From NCBI GenBank assembly GCA_039934295.1, contig JBDTMN010000003.1, forward strand, positions 10,625-74,624: a stretch of DNA of 64,000 bases. Reading direction: 5' to 3'. This DNA is from Candidatus Tayloriibacteriota bacterium (GTDB lineage: Bacteria > Patescibacteriota > Minisyncoccia > Phycocordibacterales > HO2-43-120). This document shows, in pieces, positions 62,486 to 64,000 of this stretch. The translations under genes and the position numbers were made by a program. The notes beneath the pieces are model-generated. The model had not been told where the DNA came from. It did no database searches and saw only the letters and a program-made list of their open reading frames with translations. Positions within the stretch are counted from its first letter, which is position 1; each line of letters begins with the position of its first letter.

Positions 62486-63066
62486 TTCTTTATATTCTCT
62501 CTAAGTTTCCCGAGCGCACGTATTGCCACTTCAGCATTGTTGAGCTTGTTCTTGCTTCTCGAGAAAATCTTAGCCGTCACGTCGGTTACTCCACCAAGCT
62601 CAAGCACATTACGAACCGAGCTTCCGGCAATCAGTCCCTTTCCCGGAGCAGGTCTTATCTCAACTCTTGAACTCGTAAATTTGGCATCCACTTCATGCGC
62701 GATTGACCGAGAAGTGGTGAGGGGAATCTGTATCATATTTTTCTTTGCATTCTTCAATGCTTTGTCGATTGCAATCGAGGTGTCTCCTGCCTTGCCGGTT
62801 CCAACTCCCACTCGGCCTTTACGGTCGCCCGCAACCAAGGCCACGCTAAAGCTGAAGCGCCTTCCCCCCGAAGCCACTCTCGTGACACGGCGAATACTCA
62901 CGATTTGTTGGTCAAATTCGGGCTTAACTCTCGGAGCGCGCTCAAAACCCCTTCTCGGGTTCTTTTTTTGGTCGCGATTGCCCATCCTCGGCCGTCTCTC
63001 ATCAGTCGCATGAACTGGCACGGCTGGCGCAACAGAGTTGGTATTTTTTTGTGTAGTAGTATCCAT
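62479..63066 (-). CDS. rpsE: 30S ribosomal protein S5 (start at internal Met MDTTTQ; the ORF-track N-terminal 20 codons are translated family-2 repeat)
   Basis: dsRBD-like and S5 C-terminal motifs (VTRVASGGRRFSF, GVGTGKAGD). Confidence 0.85.
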   Translation of the reverse strand: MDTTTQKNTNSVAPAVPVHATDERRPRMGNRDQKKNPRRGFERAPRVKPEFDQQIVSIRRVTRVASGGRRFSFSVALVAGDRKGRVGVGTGKAGDTSIAIDKALKNAKKNMIQIPLTTSRSIAHEVDAKFTSSRVEIRPAPGKGLIAGSSVRNVLELGGVTDVTAKIFSRSKNKLNNAEVAIRALGKLRENIKKV

Positions 63067-63074
63067 ATTTTTAT

Positions 63075-63159
63075 CACTGAACCGATTCGGAACCTCGACA
63101 CGGAACTCCACTGAACTTCTGTGCATTTCCGTGTTCTTCGTCCGTGTGGCTTCCGTGTT
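63075..63159. repeat. Family-2 element, copy between rplR and rpsE
   Basis: cactgaaccgattcggaacctcgacacggaactccactgaacttctgtgcatttccgtgttcttcgtccgtgtggcttccgtgtt. Confidence 0.7.
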
Positions 63160-63510
63160 TTAAAATTTAAGTCCCCCTTCCCTCGCTCCTTCCGCAACCG
63201 CTTTTACTTTCCCTGTATAAATAAAACCTGCCCGATCAAACACCGCTTTTCCGATTTTCTTCTCCTTGGCCTTCTTTGCGATTGTCTTCCCTACTTCTTT
63301 TGCCTTTTCCAACGTTGTGCCCTTTCCTATTTCTCCCGAGTTCGATTGGGCTAGTGTCGCTCCTTTGTCATCATCCACAAGCTGGGCATAGATATATTTG
63401 TTGGAGCGGTACACGACAAGCCGAGGAGCTTCCCCCGTTCCTTTGACCTTTGCGCGGATTCTTCGGTGTCGTCGTATTCTTTTGTCTTGTTTGGTATTCA
63501 TATTCATCAT
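63160..63510 (-). CDS. rplR: 50S ribosomal protein L18
   Basis: KRIRRHRRIRAKVKGT..RLVVYRSNKYIYAQLVDD. Confidence 0.9.
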   Translation of the reverse strand: MMNMNTKQDKRIRRHRRIRAKVKGTGEAPRLVVYRSNKYIYAQLVDDDKGATLAQSNSGEIGKGTTLEKAKEVGKTIAKKAKEKKIGKAVFDRAGFIYTGKVKAVAEGAREGGLKF

Positions 63511-63513
63511 ATA

Positions 63514-63624
63514 ACATGTAGCCTGTAACCTGTCCTAAACCCGTCCGACGTGTCGGACTAGGGTAACGTCTGAGAAAGATCTTTCTTTTTCTTACGTTAC
63601 ACGTTACACGTTTTGCGTTACATG
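63514..63624. repeat. Family-1 palindromic element (with an internal extra hairpin insertion), copy 5' of rplR
   Basis: ..gtaacgtctgagaaagatctttctttttcttacgttacacgttacacgttttgcgttacatg. Confidence 0.7.
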
Positions 63625-63627
63625 CCC

Positions 63628-64000
63628 CTACGCCGCTTTCTTCCCCTGCTTTCTCCGAATCACTTCATCGAACCCTCGTATGCCCTTTCCCTTATAGGGC
63701 TCCGGCAATTTCTGCGCTCTGACTTTCGCAACAAACTGGCCGACCAATTCTTTATCGATACCGGAAACAGTAATTATATTCTTTTCGGCCGTAACTTTTA
63801 AGCCCTGTGGGATTTTCAATGTTACCTGATGAGAGAAACCGAGACTCATGACTAAATCGCTCCCCTTGACCTCCGATTTGAACCCGATGCCCTCCACGAT
63901 AAGTTTTTTTTGAAACTCCTTATTCACTCCCTCAATCATACTCACGATTTCGGAGGCATACGTTCCCCAAAGCTTTAATGACTCTGTATCCTGCTCTCGG
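63628..64000 (-). CDS. rplF: 50S ribosomal protein L6, C-terminal part (gene continues beyond the window end)
   Basis: GFSHQVTLKIPQGLKVT..ITVSGIDKELVGQ..AKVRA. Confidence 0.85.
   Translation of the reverse strand, partial: REQDTESLKLWGTYASEIVSMIEGVNKEFQKKLIVEGIGFKSEVKGSDLVMSLGFSHQVTLKIPQGLKVTAEKNIITVSGIDKELVGQFVAKVRAQKLPEPYKGKGIRGFDEVIRRKQGKKAA

Noticed and set aside
63067-63126. N-terminal 20 codons of rpsE from the ORF track (MHRSSVEFRVEVPNRFSDKN)
   Set aside because: They are a translation of the family-2 repeat that also precedes secY and ndk; an internal Met start is more plausible.
1-64000. Alternative genetic code 25/4 (UGA sense), as in some CPR lineages
   Set aside because: Long conserved genes are intact with standard stops, and TGA terminates genes at sensible positions (for example the recR stop overlapping the next ATG).

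Overview
This window reads like a small-genome, Patescibacteria/CPR-like bacterium using standard code 11. TGA works as a stop (for example at the recR end), and the spc operon has no rpmD/L30 between rpsE and rplO.

Housekeeping genes present are asnB (partial), rpmA, rplI, ctpA-like S41 protease, cysS, dnaB, recR, infC-rpmI-rplT, ndk, map, adk, secY, rplO, rpsE, rplR and rplF (partial).

Accessory content includes a 2504-aa RHS/YD-repeat polymorphic toxin with a C-terminal GxSxG alpha/beta-hydrolase domain and small downstream membrane genes. There is also a 2814-aa tail-fibre-like surface protein ending in a phage S74 intramolecular-chaperone domain, a PrsW protease with a histidine kinase and response regulator, a hicB / hicA(in-frame stop) pair, and a VirB4/VirD4-like ATPase with a 1019-aa acidic low-complexity protein inserted after map.

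The most unusual part is a tRNA, group I intron and homing-endonuclease hotspot at about 30.5-33.5 kb, with a related locus at 0.84-1.69 kb. Two tRNA genes, an Asp(GUC)-like gene on the minus strand and a CAU-anticodon gene on the plus strand, are each split in the anticodon loop by a ~240-305 nt group I intron carrying canonical R/S core elements. A free-standing HTH-LAGLIDADG gene sits between them next to a tRNA(CAU). A LAGLIDADG gene plus an intact tRNA-Leu(CAG) lie inside the two halves of a decayed tRNA-Leu-like gene. Three tRNAs are followed by the same downstream pattern of inverted and direct copies of their own 3' ends.

There are also several families of near-identical palindromic intergenic repeats sitting immediately upstream of start codons in the ribosomal-protein operons, and a conserved promoter/leader shared by four neighbouring genes. 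All calls rest on reading motifs in the raw sequence and ORF track; no database searches were run.
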